Source of the DNA: an uncultured virus (IMG/VR IMGVR_UViG_3300020577_013366) | Taxonomy: Duplodnaviria; Heunggongvirae; Uroviricota; Caudoviricetes | Virus record (IMG/VR): IMGVR_UViG_3300020577_013366 | Length of the DNA stretch: 64,000 bases | Strand: one strand, 5' to 3' | Shown: positions 56,105 to 64,000 of the stretch, piece by piece | Layout: every line of letters starts with the position of its first letter | Numbering within the stretch: the first letter of the stretch is position 1 | Made by a program: the position numbers and the translations under genes | The notes under the pieces: generated by a model | Told to the model about the DNA's origin: nothing | Seen by the model: only the letters and a program-made list of their open reading frames with translations | Database searches by the model: none

Positions 56105-56400
56105 CCGCCGAAGAAAAAGACGCCGCGATCGAACGCATCGCCGACATCGGGGCCGACCCGCCTCTGCCGCACAACGCACGATGCGCGCTGCTGTCGCTGG
56201 TGGACGAGTTGCTGGCCTATGCCGAGGTCCGCCTGGCTCGCTCCGACGAGCGGCGCCCGCTCTCCCGCATGGAGCGCAACTACACACGGGCTGCGCAGGC
56301 CAACGCCTGGCGAGGCCTGACCGACGACCTCGTGGAGTACAACGTCGATCCGACCTACCTGTGGATCGAAGCCTTCGAGGTGGTGCTGGCCGATGGGTGA
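56101..56400 (+). CDS. Hypothetical protein
   Basis: AAGGA RBS, overlaps. Confidence 0.6.
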   Translation: MTAEEKDAAIERIADIGADPPLPHNARCALLSLVDELLAYAEVRLARSDERRPLSRMERNYTRAAQANAWRGLTDDLVEYNVDPTYLWIEAFEVVLADG

Positions 56401-57961
56401 GCGCGACCTCAAAGACCTGCACCTCGCGGGCGACCTCGACATGGAGGGTGACATCGAGCCGATGCCGCTCCCCGAGATGTCGCTGGCCGAGGCCGAGGAC
56501 ATGTACTTGGCGATCTGCTGCTCGACCCCGAAGTACGCCGACCACAGCCGCGTCCAGGACGCCCACCTGTCGGACCGGGGCAAGATCATCTTGAACGTGA
56601 TCCGCGCGGTGCAGGCGCAAGGCTGGTCGCAGGTCACGATCGAGCAGCTCGAGGGCCCGATCGCGGCTGCCACCATCGAGCGCTTCTGGTCGGCGAAGCC
56701 CGCCCGGCTCCGCCCCAAGGTGATTCCCGAGCTCGACCTCGGGCATATCCCCAAGCGCCTCCGGCACTTCGACCCCAACACCAGCATCGGCTTCGCCGAG
56801 GACGTGCTCCTCGCGGCCTTCGAGAAGGCGAAGTACATCGCCATCCACCTGAAGGCGGCGAAGGTGGCCGAGCAGGACGGGCCGGCGGCGGCGCGGGCGT
56901 TCCTCGCCGAGCGCGAGGCCCGGCTGGCATCGCTCACCCAGGGCGTGCGGTTCACCCACATCAGCGATGTCGCGGCGCAGGTCACCAGCGAGATGCGCCA
57001 GCGGTTCGAGCAGCCGAACACGGACCCGAGCAAGGTCCAGATCGCCACGAACTTCCCGGAGATCGACCGGGTCTGCGGCAACTTCGAGCCCGAGAACGGG
57101 ACGACCATCGCCGGCTGGAACCAGCACGGCAAGAGCACCTTCGCGTTTCAGCTCCTCGGGCAGATGGCGGTGCAGGGCATCCGGGTCGCGGCGATCTCGG
57201 CCGAGGACAAGATGACGCTGACGACCAAGCGCCAGCTCATCTGGCTGCTGTCGGACCTGCGGACGGCGAGGCGGGTGAGCACGAACCAGCCGGTCGGCAC
57301 CGGGGCCCCAGACGGCTACGTGTTGCAGGACGTGGTGGAGCTGGAGGCGATCGCCCGCCGCGTCGTGGACAAGATGCCGCTGTTCATGTCGCACTTGCCC
57401 GGATGCACGATCGAGCAGGCCGACGCGGCGATCGTTGAGGCGGCGCGGTCCGGTGCGCGCGTGGTGCTGTTCGACTACCTGTCGGCCATCGCCGAGCCGC
57501 CCAAGGTCGAGACGATGAAGTGGCGCAACTACTGCCACAAGCGCTTGATGGCGACGGGCAAGAGCAACGGCATCCACACCATCATCTGCGCGCAGCTGAA
57601 GCGTCCGAGCGGCGGCGGCAAGGACGGCACCGGCGCCCGCGACGAGACGAAGCCGCCCACCGCCTACGACATCGAGCTGTGCCCCCAGGCCGAGCAGGGG
57701 AGCGAGAACGTGATGCTGGTGCACCGACCCCAGCGAAACAACTACACGACCGTCGCCGGCCGCCGAGTGCCCTTGTCAGTCGAACAGGCCAGCATCATCG
57801 TCACGAAAGCCAAAGCGGGCGGCACCGGCACCATCGATCTCGGGTGGTGCAACGCGCGGCACTGCTACGACCGTAGACCGCAGGACCAGCGGCAGGGCAA
57901 CCTGGGAGACGGCGGGCCTCGCCCACCAGGAAAGGACGTGCTCGATGAACACCCATTCTGA
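56393..57961 (+). CDS. DnaB-like replicative helicase
   Basis: IAG....GKST, ISAE, LFDYL, AQLKR, EQ....V.L.HR, K.K.G..G. Confidence 0.85.
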   Translation: MGERDLKDLHLAGDLDMEGDIEPMPLPEMSLAEAEDMYLAICCSTPKYADHSRVQDAHLSDRGKIILNVIRAVQAQGWSQVTIEQLEGPIAAATIERFWSAKPARLRPKVIPELDLGHIPKRLRHFDPNTSIGFAEDVLLAAFEKAKYIAIHLKAAKVAEQDGPAAARAFLAEREARLASLTQGVRFTHISDVAAQVTSEMRQRFEQPNTDPSKVQIATNFPEIDRVCGNFEPENGTTIAGWNQHGKSTFAFQLLGQMAVQGIRVAAISAEDKMTLTTKRQLIWLLSDLRTARRVSTNQPVGTGAPDGYVLQDVVELEAIARRVVDKMPLFMSHLPGCTIEQADAAIVEAARSGARVVLFDYLSAIAEPPKVETMKWRNYCHKRLMATGKSNGIHTIICAQLKRPSGGGKDGTGARDETKPPTAYDIELCPQAEQGSENVMLVHRPQRNNYTTVAGRRVPLSVEQASIIVTKAKAGGTGTIDLGWCNARHCYDRRPQDQRQGNLGDGGPRPPGKDVLDEHPF

Positions 57962-58337
57962 CGATGCTCATCTCCCGGCCCCCGGGGGATTCTTCAACCC
58001 CGCTGGCCACATCGCCGCGGATGTCTGCTGGTCGGCGCCCGCCAGTGTGCCGGTGAAGCACGCGCAGCGGTTCGCGTGGCGCCTCCGGAGGGCGTTGAGG
58101 GGGCAGATCGACGATGCGACCTGCGCCTGCATCCCCGCCTACACCGGCGGCCGCGGGCGCCCGGTCGCGGTGGACGGGGAGCTCCGCACCCCCGCCTGCT
58201 TCGGCAGCCGCGGCGAGCCGTGGGCGCAGCCGCTCGGCCTCAGCCGGATGTGCGTGCCCGACTTCGAGGCCGAGATCACCGTCATCGATCCGTCGCCGCG
58301 CCGCGGCTTCGCCATCCTCGTGGAGCTCTATTCATGA
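57945..58337 (+). CDS. Hypothetical protein
   Basis: Overlaps both neighbours. Confidence 0.5.
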   Translation: MNTHSDDAHLPAPGGFFNPAGHIAADVCWSAPASVPVKHAQRFAWRLRRALRGQIDDATCACIPAYTGGRGRPVAVDGELRTPACFGSRGEPWAQPLGLSRMCVPDFEAEITVIDPSPRRGFAILVELYS

Positions 58338-59101
58338 TGCGCATCGCCTACAGCGTGCCCGAGCGCGGGTTCTACGTGCTTCGCGGGTGCCACAGCCGCG
58401 CCGACATCGACCTGCTCGTGGAGCAGGTTCGGGACCTGAAGAGCACGCATCCGTTCGGGCAGCCGACGATGCGCGACGGCTCGCCGCTGTCGGTCCGCGT
58501 GACCAGCTGGGGACCGTGGGGCTGGTGGGGCGACCAGCTCGGCATCCGCTACGTCAACCAGCACCAGAAGAACAAGCAGGCGTGGCCGCGCCTCCCCGCC
58601 GGCTGGACCCGCTACCCCATGGCCTTCCTCTACCTCGCCGCCTGGGACGCCCAGCAGCGGGTGAAGGGCTGGACGCCAGCCTCGTGGAACCTCCCGGATG
58701 GCCCCGCGACCTGGCTCGATCAGGTGGACACCGGCCTCGTGAACTACTACGCGCCCGACGCGGTGCTCGGCTGGCACGTGGACAAGACCGAGACCGACCT
58801 GCGCTCGCCGATCCTCACGATGTCGCTCGGGGCTTCCGCGCGCTTCGAGATCAAGCTGGACGGCGAGACGCACTCGATGATCCTTCACAGCGGCGATGGG
58901 TGCGTGATGGCGGGGCACTCCCGCAACGCAGAGCACCGCATCGTCAAGCTGCTCACGCCCGCCGAGGTGCAGGCGGAACAGCAGGCCGACCTGTTCACCG
59001 GCGCGCCGCCGGCGGACGACATCTACAACCCCATCACCAACGGCGCGCGCCTGTCGATCACCTGGCGCCGCACGGGCCTCCCGCCCGCGAAAGCTCCATG
59101 A
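58334..59101 (+). CDS. alkB: AlkB-family 2OG-Fe(II) dioxygenase
   Basis: LVNYY...GWHVD..E....PI..MSLG...LHSGD...EH.I...RLSITWR. Confidence 0.9.
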   Translation: MMRIAYSVPERGFYVLRGCHSRADIDLLVEQVRDLKSTHPFGQPTMRDGSPLSVRVTSWGPWGWWGDQLGIRYVNQHQKNKQAWPRLPAGWTRYPMAFLYLAAWDAQQRVKGWTPASWNLPDGPATWLDQVDTGLVNYYAPDAVLGWHVDKTETDLRSPILTMSLGASARFEIKLDGETHSMILHSGDGCVMAGHSRNAEHRIVKLLTPAEVQAEQQADLFTGAPPADDIYNPITNGARLSITWRRTGLPPAKAP

Positions 59102-59760
59102 CCACCAACTACTACGGCTCCGACGCGGTCGCCACCGCCGCCCGCATCGGATTGACCACCGCCACCAGCATCCCCGACCTGCTCGATCTCGGCATCGAGC
59201 GCGGGTTCACCCTCTGGCCCGAGTGGGGGCCGACCTTCACCGAGCTCGACAAGCGGATCGAGAACCGGCCGAGCGCGCCGCCGAAGAACCTCGTGGGCAA
59301 GCGGGTCGCCTTCCACAACGGCACCTACTTGGGCGGGCGCAAGGCCATCGGCGCCGCGATCGCCGGCATCTACAACATGCTTCGGACGGCGCAGACCGCC
59401 GGCTGGAATTTCGCCGGCGAGCTGCCCAGCCGCGGTGAGCATGGCCGGCGCGGGGCTGACCGGCGCGGGCGCAACGATGTCCACCTCGGCAGCGGCACTC
59501 TGGCCAAGGGCGACAAGCGGGTCGCCTTCGACGGGAGCAAGATCCCGCTCGCCGCGATCACCTTCACCGCCATCATCACCGGCTTCGAGCTGCCGACCGA
59601 CAGCCCGGCGCACCCCTGGCAGTTCGCCAGCGACCCGGCCGACCCCGACTCGTTCTCCTACGGCTGGCACGTTGCCGAGGTCATCGTCCTCGCCACCCCG
59701 ATCCCCTGCTCCGGCCTGCAGGGCTTCTGGCCGCTCAAGACCGCCAAGGTGGGAAGATGA
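59098..59760 (+). CDS. ASCH-domain protein
   Basis: TLWPEW......KRIENR...GKRVAFH...YGW...V..L..PIPC.G.QGFW. Confidence 0.75.
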   Translation: MTTNYYGSDAVATAARIGLTTATSIPDLLDLGIERGFTLWPEWGPTFTELDKRIENRPSAPPKNLVGKRVAFHNGTYLGGRKAIGAAIAGIYNMLRTAQTAGWNFAGELPSRGEHGRRGADRRGRNDVHLGSGTLAKGDKRVAFDGSKIPLAAITFTAIITGFELPTDSPAHPWQFASDPADPDSFSYGWHVAEVIVLATPIPCSGLQGFWPLKTAKVGR

Positions 59761-60266
59761 ACGCTCCGATCGCCCGCGTGCGCCGGCTGCCGGTGCTGCC
59801 GAAGATCGCCCCGGAGCTCTGTGGCCCCTGCGGCGGCAAGTGCTGCAAGGCCGCCCCCGGCCTCACCGTCCCCGAGGACTGGGAGAGCATGGAGGCACTC
59901 GAGGCCGCCCTGCGCGGCGGCGACTGGGGCCTCCGGACGTGGTGGGGTGACCCGCTCTCGCGCGTGCTCGAGCGCCGCGGACGACGGCATCCCGTCCCGC
60001 GGCTCGTCGAGCGGGTGCTGATCCCGCGGCCGCGAGTGCTGGGCGAGTTTGAACGGGATTTCGGAACCGAGGGCCAGTGCGTCAACCTGCGCGCCACCGG
60101 CTGCACTCTCGGCGACCGCAAGCCGTTCCAGTGCCGCGAGTTGGTGCCGCGAGCACCCGAGGAGGCATGTCGTCTCGCCCCCGAGCACTGGGATGAGGAG
60201 ATCGCCCTCCGCTGGCGCAGCCGCGCCGGGCTGGTGGAGGCGATCGCCAAGCGGGTGTTCGGATGA
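59757..60266 (+). CDS. YkgJ-family Cys-cluster (CxxCxxCC-like) protein
   Basis: CGPCGGKCC...C..L...GC.L...KP.QCR. Confidence 0.75.
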   Translation: MNAPIARVRRLPVLPKIAPELCGPCGGKCCKAAPGLTVPEDWESMEALEAALRGGDWGLRTWWGDPLSRVLERRGRRHPVPRLVERVLIPRPRVLGEFERDFGTEGQCVNLRATGCTLGDRKPFQCRELVPRAPEEACRLAPEHWDEEIALRWRSRAGLVEAIAKRVFG

Positions 60267-60811
60267 GCCAGGCGCACCTCTTCGGCGAGCCACCTGCGGA
60301 CGACGGCTTCGCCACCATCCTGATCGACTCCCCGTGGGAGGAGAAGGGCGGGGGCGGGCGTGGGGCGCAGAACCACTACCATGTGATGCCGCTCCACGAC
60401 ATCATCGCGACCATCTACCGATGCCCGCTCTGGCGGCCGGCGAGGAACGCCCACCTGTGGAGCTGGGTCACCGACAACTTCCTCGAGGACGGCCTGTTCC
60501 TCATGAAGGCGCTCGGCTTCCGGTACATCCGGACCTTTGCGTGGGTGAAGAACTCGATCGGGATCGGGCATTACGGGCGGGGCCAGCACGAGCTGATGCT
60601 GTTCGGGGTCCGCGGCAAGCTCCCGCCGCTACGTGCCGGGTCGAGCGTGATCACCGGCGACAAGCGCGAGCACAGCCGCAAGCCCGAGGAGAGCTACGAG
60701 CGCATCGAGCACACCTCGCCGGGGCCACGCCTGGAGATCTTCGCCAGGTCGAACCGGCCGGGCTGGACGTCGTGGGGGAACGACCCCAACCTGTCCGCCG
60801 AGCCAGCATGA
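60263..60811 (+). CDS. MT-A70-family N6-adenine methyltransferase
   Basis: ILIDSPW, HY..M, W.T, W.K, G.HE.....RG, HSRKP, LEIFAR. Confidence 0.88.
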   Translation: MSQAHLFGEPPADDGFATILIDSPWEEKGGGGRGAQNHYHVMPLHDIIATIYRCPLWRPARNAHLWSWVTDNFLEDGLFLMKALGFRYIRTFAWVKNSIGIGHYGRGQHELMLFGVRGKLPPLRAGSSVITGDKREHSRKPEESYERIEHTSPGPRLEIFARSNRPGWTSWGNDPNLSAEPA

Positions 60812-61314
60812 CCCGCAGCATCCTCCGCCGCGCCACCTTCATCGCCCCCCACTACCTCCAGAGTGAGGCCTCCGGGCGTCCGCTCCCGCGCACCCCCAGC
60901 GCCGTGCTCGCGCAGGCCTCGAAGGCGCAGGCGCAGATCACCGAGACGATCGTCGTGGTCCGCAAGGCCGTCGCCGACGTCGCCGGCGCGACCCTCCCCG
61001 GCAGCGACGCCGAGCTCGAGGGCGTGGTGTTCGATGCGGACATGTTGGCCGACGCCCGCCAGAACTACGAGCGCCCCCGGGGCCACCTGACCAGCCGGTT
61101 GACGGCCTCGGCACGCGAGCGCCGGGTCAGCGACGTCGGGGCGGTGGTCGGCATCCGGCTCGCCCGCCGGCCCTTCGCCACCGTCCAGGTCCGGATCACC
61201 GAGGTGGTCAAGCCCGGCCGCGAGGTCGCCGTGGCCGTGCTGAACGGCCCCGACACCGGCCTCCGCCTCACCGCGGAGCTCGGCCTGGCCTTCCCCTGGG
61301 ACGTGCTGGTGTAG
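60808..61314 (+). CDS. Hypothetical protein
   Basis: ATGA overlap. Confidence 0.55.
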   Translation: MTRSILRRATFIAPHYLQSEASGRPLPRTPSAVLAQASKAQAQITETIVVVRKAVADVAGATLPGSDAELEGVVFDADMLADARQNYERPRGHLTSRLTASARERRVSDVGAVVGIRLARRPFATVQVRITEVVKPGREVAVAVLNGPDTGLRLTAELGLAFPWDVLV

Positions 61315-61347
61315 ACGCCGCCGCGCGCGCGGGTCTACCCTCCGACC

Positions 61348-61965
61348 ATGCTGCAGCCCCTGCCCGCCTGGGTCGCCTCCTACCGCCCCTCCCCCGATCC
61401 GGGGGAGTTCTACTACCACTACCTCGTCCGGGTCCTGGGCGAGCTGGACAGGAAGCTCGCGGGCGCGCTCTATGCAGGCGGGTCGCTCACCTCCAGGTTC
61501 GGCGCCGCCGAGCTGGCGGTCCCCGGCTACCGACGCAAGGACATTCCGCACCCGGAGATGTGGCCGAACTTCGTCCCGGTCCTGGCGATGACGATGCTGG
61601 TGCGGCAGGCGATGGTGCTTCAGGGGTTCGGCCCGCTTCGGGTGGTCGCCACCTACCGGCCGATCGGCGGCGCCGCGAAGTCGCTCCACAAGGTCAACCG
61701 GGCGATCGACCTGTCGCCGCTGAAGAAGACGGAGGCGGCCTGCAGAGCTCTCGTTCGAGCGGCGACCTGGGTCTACCAGCAGCACGAGCACCTGCAGGTC
61801 GGCGTCGGCACCTACGGCCCCTACACCGACCGCTCGACGTTGATCCACATCGACGTGGCCGGGCGGAAGAGCCGGAAGTCGTGGCGCCAGATCAAGGGCG
61901 TCAGCGTCGGCTCGGCGGTGCGGGGGCAGCCGGCGGTCCACCTGGAGACTCCGGCTGGTGGATGA
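61348..61965 (+). CDS. Peptidase M15 family endolysin
   Basis: YR...GAAKSLH....AID...GVGTY...IHID; own leaderless promoter (TACCCT-N6-ATG). Confidence 0.8.
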   Translation: MLQPLPAWVASYRPSPDPGEFYYHYLVRVLGELDRKLAGALYAGGSLTSRFGAAELAVPGYRRKDIPHPEMWPNFVPVLAMTMLVRQAMVLQGFGPLRVVATYRPIGGAAKSLHKVNRAIDLSPLKKTEAACRALVRAATWVYQQHEHLQVGVGTYGPYTDRSTLIHIDVAGRKSRKSWRQIKGVSVGSAVRGQPAVHLETPAGG

Positions 61966-62116
61966 TTTCGCCACCGGTCGTGGCGGGGGCACCGGCAGGT
62001 ACCGGCTTCCCGGGGGGACAGGGGTCGGCGAACTTGAGGACCACGAAGCCGACGATGATCACGGCCACGACGATCCAGATCCAGGTACGTCTCGGTTTGG
62101 TGCGCTGCTCAGGCAT
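61901..62116 (-). CDS. Small single-TM membrane protein
   Basis: Basic N-terminus then WIWIVVAVIIVGFVVL. Confidence 0.55.
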   Translation of the reverse strand: MPEQRTKPRRTWIWIVVAVIIVGFVVLKFADPCPPGKPVPAGAPATTGGEIIHQPESPGGPPAAPAPPSRR

Positions 62117-62230
62117 GATCCTGCGCCGATATCACGCACGAATTTGCCTGTCTACGCGGGGGCTGGAGGCCTCGCATGGATCGAGAGGAACCGCCTCTGG
62201 CTGATTCCGTGGATCTCCGCTTTCATAGCG

Positions 62231-62491
62231 ATGGTGATCGAAGTGCTCGCCGCCCTCTTCGCCTCCCGCCCGATGCCGATCGAAGGGCATGCAGCGCTTG
62301 CCGCGTTCTGGGCCTTCGCGGTGGCGCGCGGTACGGCGCGAGTGCAGAGAATGCGCGCTGGCGAGGCGAGGTTGATCGAATACGCGAGGCGCCGCGGTAT
62401 CCCGCTCGACGAAGCGCGCGATGAATGGGAGGCCTTCGAGGCATCGGTGGCTCGCACGCAGCTGCCAGCACGGAGGACCCATGGCGATTAA
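62231..62491 (+). CDS. Small membrane protein (start uncertain)
   Basis: Hydrophobic N-terminal segments. Confidence 0.35.
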   Translation: MVIEVLAALFASRPMPIEGHAALAAFWAFAVARGTARVQRMRAGEARLIEYARRRGIPLDEARDEWEAFEASVARTQLPARRTHGD

Positions 62492-62648
62492 CACCGCGAC
62501 GATGCCGCAGCTTTCGCCGAACGTGTCGATGCTTCCGGCGGCGGTGATACCCCGCACCCGCAGGTGCCCGCCACCCGTTGAGGACGACGTGGATCTACTC
62601 GGGTATGCCCTCCTGCTGCTCTTGTTCCTCGCCGCGGTGTGGCAATGA
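62481..62648 (+). CDS. Small protein with C-terminal TM
   Basis: GGAGG RBS; LLGYALLLLLFLAAVW. Confidence 0.5.
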   Translation: MAINTATMPQLSPNVSMLPAAVIPRTRRCPPPVEDDVDLLGYALLLLLFLAAVWQ

Positions 62649-62703
62649 CGTGGGGTCTACGAGAGACAGTTGATCACGATCACAGGCTGGCCATCATGCG
62701 CCC

Positions 62704-63864
62704 ATGATCATCTCCCTGGTGTTTTCCCTCGCATCCCTCACCTCTTCCCCGGCGGCCGGCCACGTTCCCGTCCCGCCGCCCGTGTTCGCCCCGGGCTGCA
62801 ACCCGCCGGCCAACATCTGCGACACGCTCCGCGCCGACTGCCTCGCCGGCGGTGGTGACCCGGAGCGCTGCGAGCTCGTCGCCGACGCCATCTGCCCCGG
62901 CAGCCCGTGCCTGGCGAAGGACGTGGCGATCCGCGACTTCATCGAGCAGGGCCTGGACTTCGGGGCCATGGCCAAGCACATGGCGGCCGGCCTCGAGGGC
63001 TGCTCCTGCAAGCTCGCCTGTACCGACAGCGACGACCTGTCGCTGCAGATGCTGTTCTCGATCTGCCTCGCCTACCCGTCAGCGATCGGCGACGACTGCG
63101 AGGAGCCGAGCGCCGGGCAGTGTGTTGCGCTGCTCACCCTCAGCGAGGACTACTGCGACATCGACGCGTGCGAGTACGTGCAGTGCCAGCGAGACATCAT
63201 GGCGCAGGGGGAGGTGTGCGCCGAGCCGCCGTCGAGCTGCGCGAAGCTGGAGGCCTGCGACGCGGCGGAGAACGGCGGCGCAACGGGTGGCCCCGGCGTT
63301 CCCCATGTCCCCGGCCCGGACGACTGGCACGTCCCGCCCCCCTCGCCGGCCTCCTGCCTGCGCCTCGCCGAGGTGTTCGTCACGCCCGTTGGCGACCCTG
63401 AGGATCGGCAGTGGGTGAAGATCGTCAACATCTGCGACGAGGAGATCTCGACGGACCGCGCCCTCGTCCGATGGACGAAGCCGGGGAAGGGCTGGGCGAA
63501 CAATGGGATCCTGCTCGCCGGCATCACCGCGATCGGCCCCGGCCAGTGCGCCATCGTCGGCGGAGGAGACTCGGTGCCCGAGAACTTCATGCCCAACATC
63601 GACCTCCCGATCTCGTTCACCCCGCCGACGCTCGATGACGGCGCCCGCGAGGTCGCTGGCATCGGGCTGTTCGACTCGCTCGCCCCGTTCGGCACCCTGC
63701 CGTGGGATGCGGTCGCCTATGGGAAGGGGGTGGCGACCTTCCCCGACGCGCACGGGAAGTCCGCTTCGCCGGTGGTCGTGAAGATGAAGGACGGGCACAG
63801 CCTGGTGCGCAACCATGGCGGCTGGCACGACAGCGCAAACCCGTCGCCGTGCTCGACGTTCTAG
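62704..63864 (+). CDS. Secreted Cys-rich protein with lamin-tail-like domain
   Basis: Signal peptide, Cys-rich half, then LAEVF..P.G....QWVKI.N and DAVAYG. Confidence 0.7.
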   Translation: MIISLVFSLASLTSSPAAGHVPVPPPVFAPGCNPPANICDTLRADCLAGGGDPERCELVADAICPGSPCLAKDVAIRDFIEQGLDFGAMAKHMAAGLEGCSCKLACTDSDDLSLQMLFSICLAYPSAIGDDCEEPSAGQCVALLTLSEDYCDIDACEYVQCQRDIMAQGEVCAEPPSSCAKLEACDAAENGGATGGPGVPHVPGPDDWHVPPPSPASCLRLAEVFVTPVGDPEDRQWVKIVNICDEEISTDRALVRWTKPGKGWANNGILLAGITAIGPGQCAIVGGGDSVPENFMPNIDLPISFTPPTLDDGAREVAGIGLFDSLAPFGTLPWDAVAYGKGVATFPDAHGKSASPVVVKMKDGHSLVRNHGGWHDSANPSPCSTF

Positions 63865-64000
63865 CGGGAGGCGATGATCACGTCGGTGTATTCGCGCAGG
63901 TAGAACTTGGCGCCCAGCGGGCCGATCGATGCGACAACAGCCTCGTTTAGCTGGATTGAACCCGCAGAGCTGACGCGCACAGCGTATGTGCTCCCGATGG
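63861..64000 (-). CDS. 3' end of a gene entering from the right (partial, beta-rich)
   Basis: Open frame ...IGSTYAVRVSSAGSIQ...FYLREYTDVIIASR*. Confidence 0.5.
   Translation of the reverse strand, partial: IGSTYAVRVSSAGSIQLNEAVVASIGPLGAKFYLREYTDVIIASR

Larger units (their letters stand above)
1..64000. mobile_element. Tailed dsDNA bacteriophage/prophage genome segment
   Basis: Terminase, portal, capsid, scaffold, RecT/YqaJ, DnaB/primase and endolysin genes; dense small ORFs with ATGA/GTGA overlaps; no host housekeeping genes. Confidence 0.95.

Noticed and set aside
81..57724. Many long ORF-track entries such as 81-953(-), 3011-4867(+), 5877-7991(+), 7600-9594(+), 51456-53585(+) and 55418-57724(-)
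   Set aside because: Antisense or off-frame shadows of real genes, expected in high-GC DNA; Arg/Pro/Gly-rich with no motifs
1..64000. CRISPR array, diversity-generating retroelement, integrase or IS element
   Set aside because: No regularly spaced repeats, reverse transcriptase, recombinase or transposase motifs were recognised by eye

Overview
The whole 64 kb is a high-GC tailed dsDNA phage or prophage segment. No integrase, att site, rRNA or CRISPR array is visible. The head module (portal, gpF-like minor head protein, scaffold, major capsid, probable head-completion gene) is on the minus strand at 1.7-9.2 kb, and the large terminase lies about 12.6 kb away at 21.9-23.5 kb. Between them is an accessory island with a 70-nt tRNA-like element, a family-4 uracil-DNA glycosylase, a Tad1-family anti-Thoeris sponge, an HExxH protein, and an AcrIII-1 (DUF1874) ring-nuclease domain fused to a nucleotidyltransferase-like domain. 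The middle holds many small early genes, a Dam-type methylase, a DnaA-domain-IV protein, an MmcB-like nuclease, a SLOG-DUF4326 fusion and an HNH/RuvC/RecT/YqaJ recombination block. The right part has a putative initiator with a GATC-rich iteron cluster and a predicted cis-antisense RNA over its RBS, an SF2 helicase, a TOPRIM primase and a DnaB-like helicase. These are followed by a translationally coupled AlkB-ASCH-YkgJ-MT-A70 block (candidate adenine-methylation eraser/reader/writer system), an M15 endolysin and a Cys-rich lamin-tail-domain secreted protein. Cys-rich exported proteins suggest a myxobacterial host (inference). All family calls come from motif recognition by eye; no database search was run.
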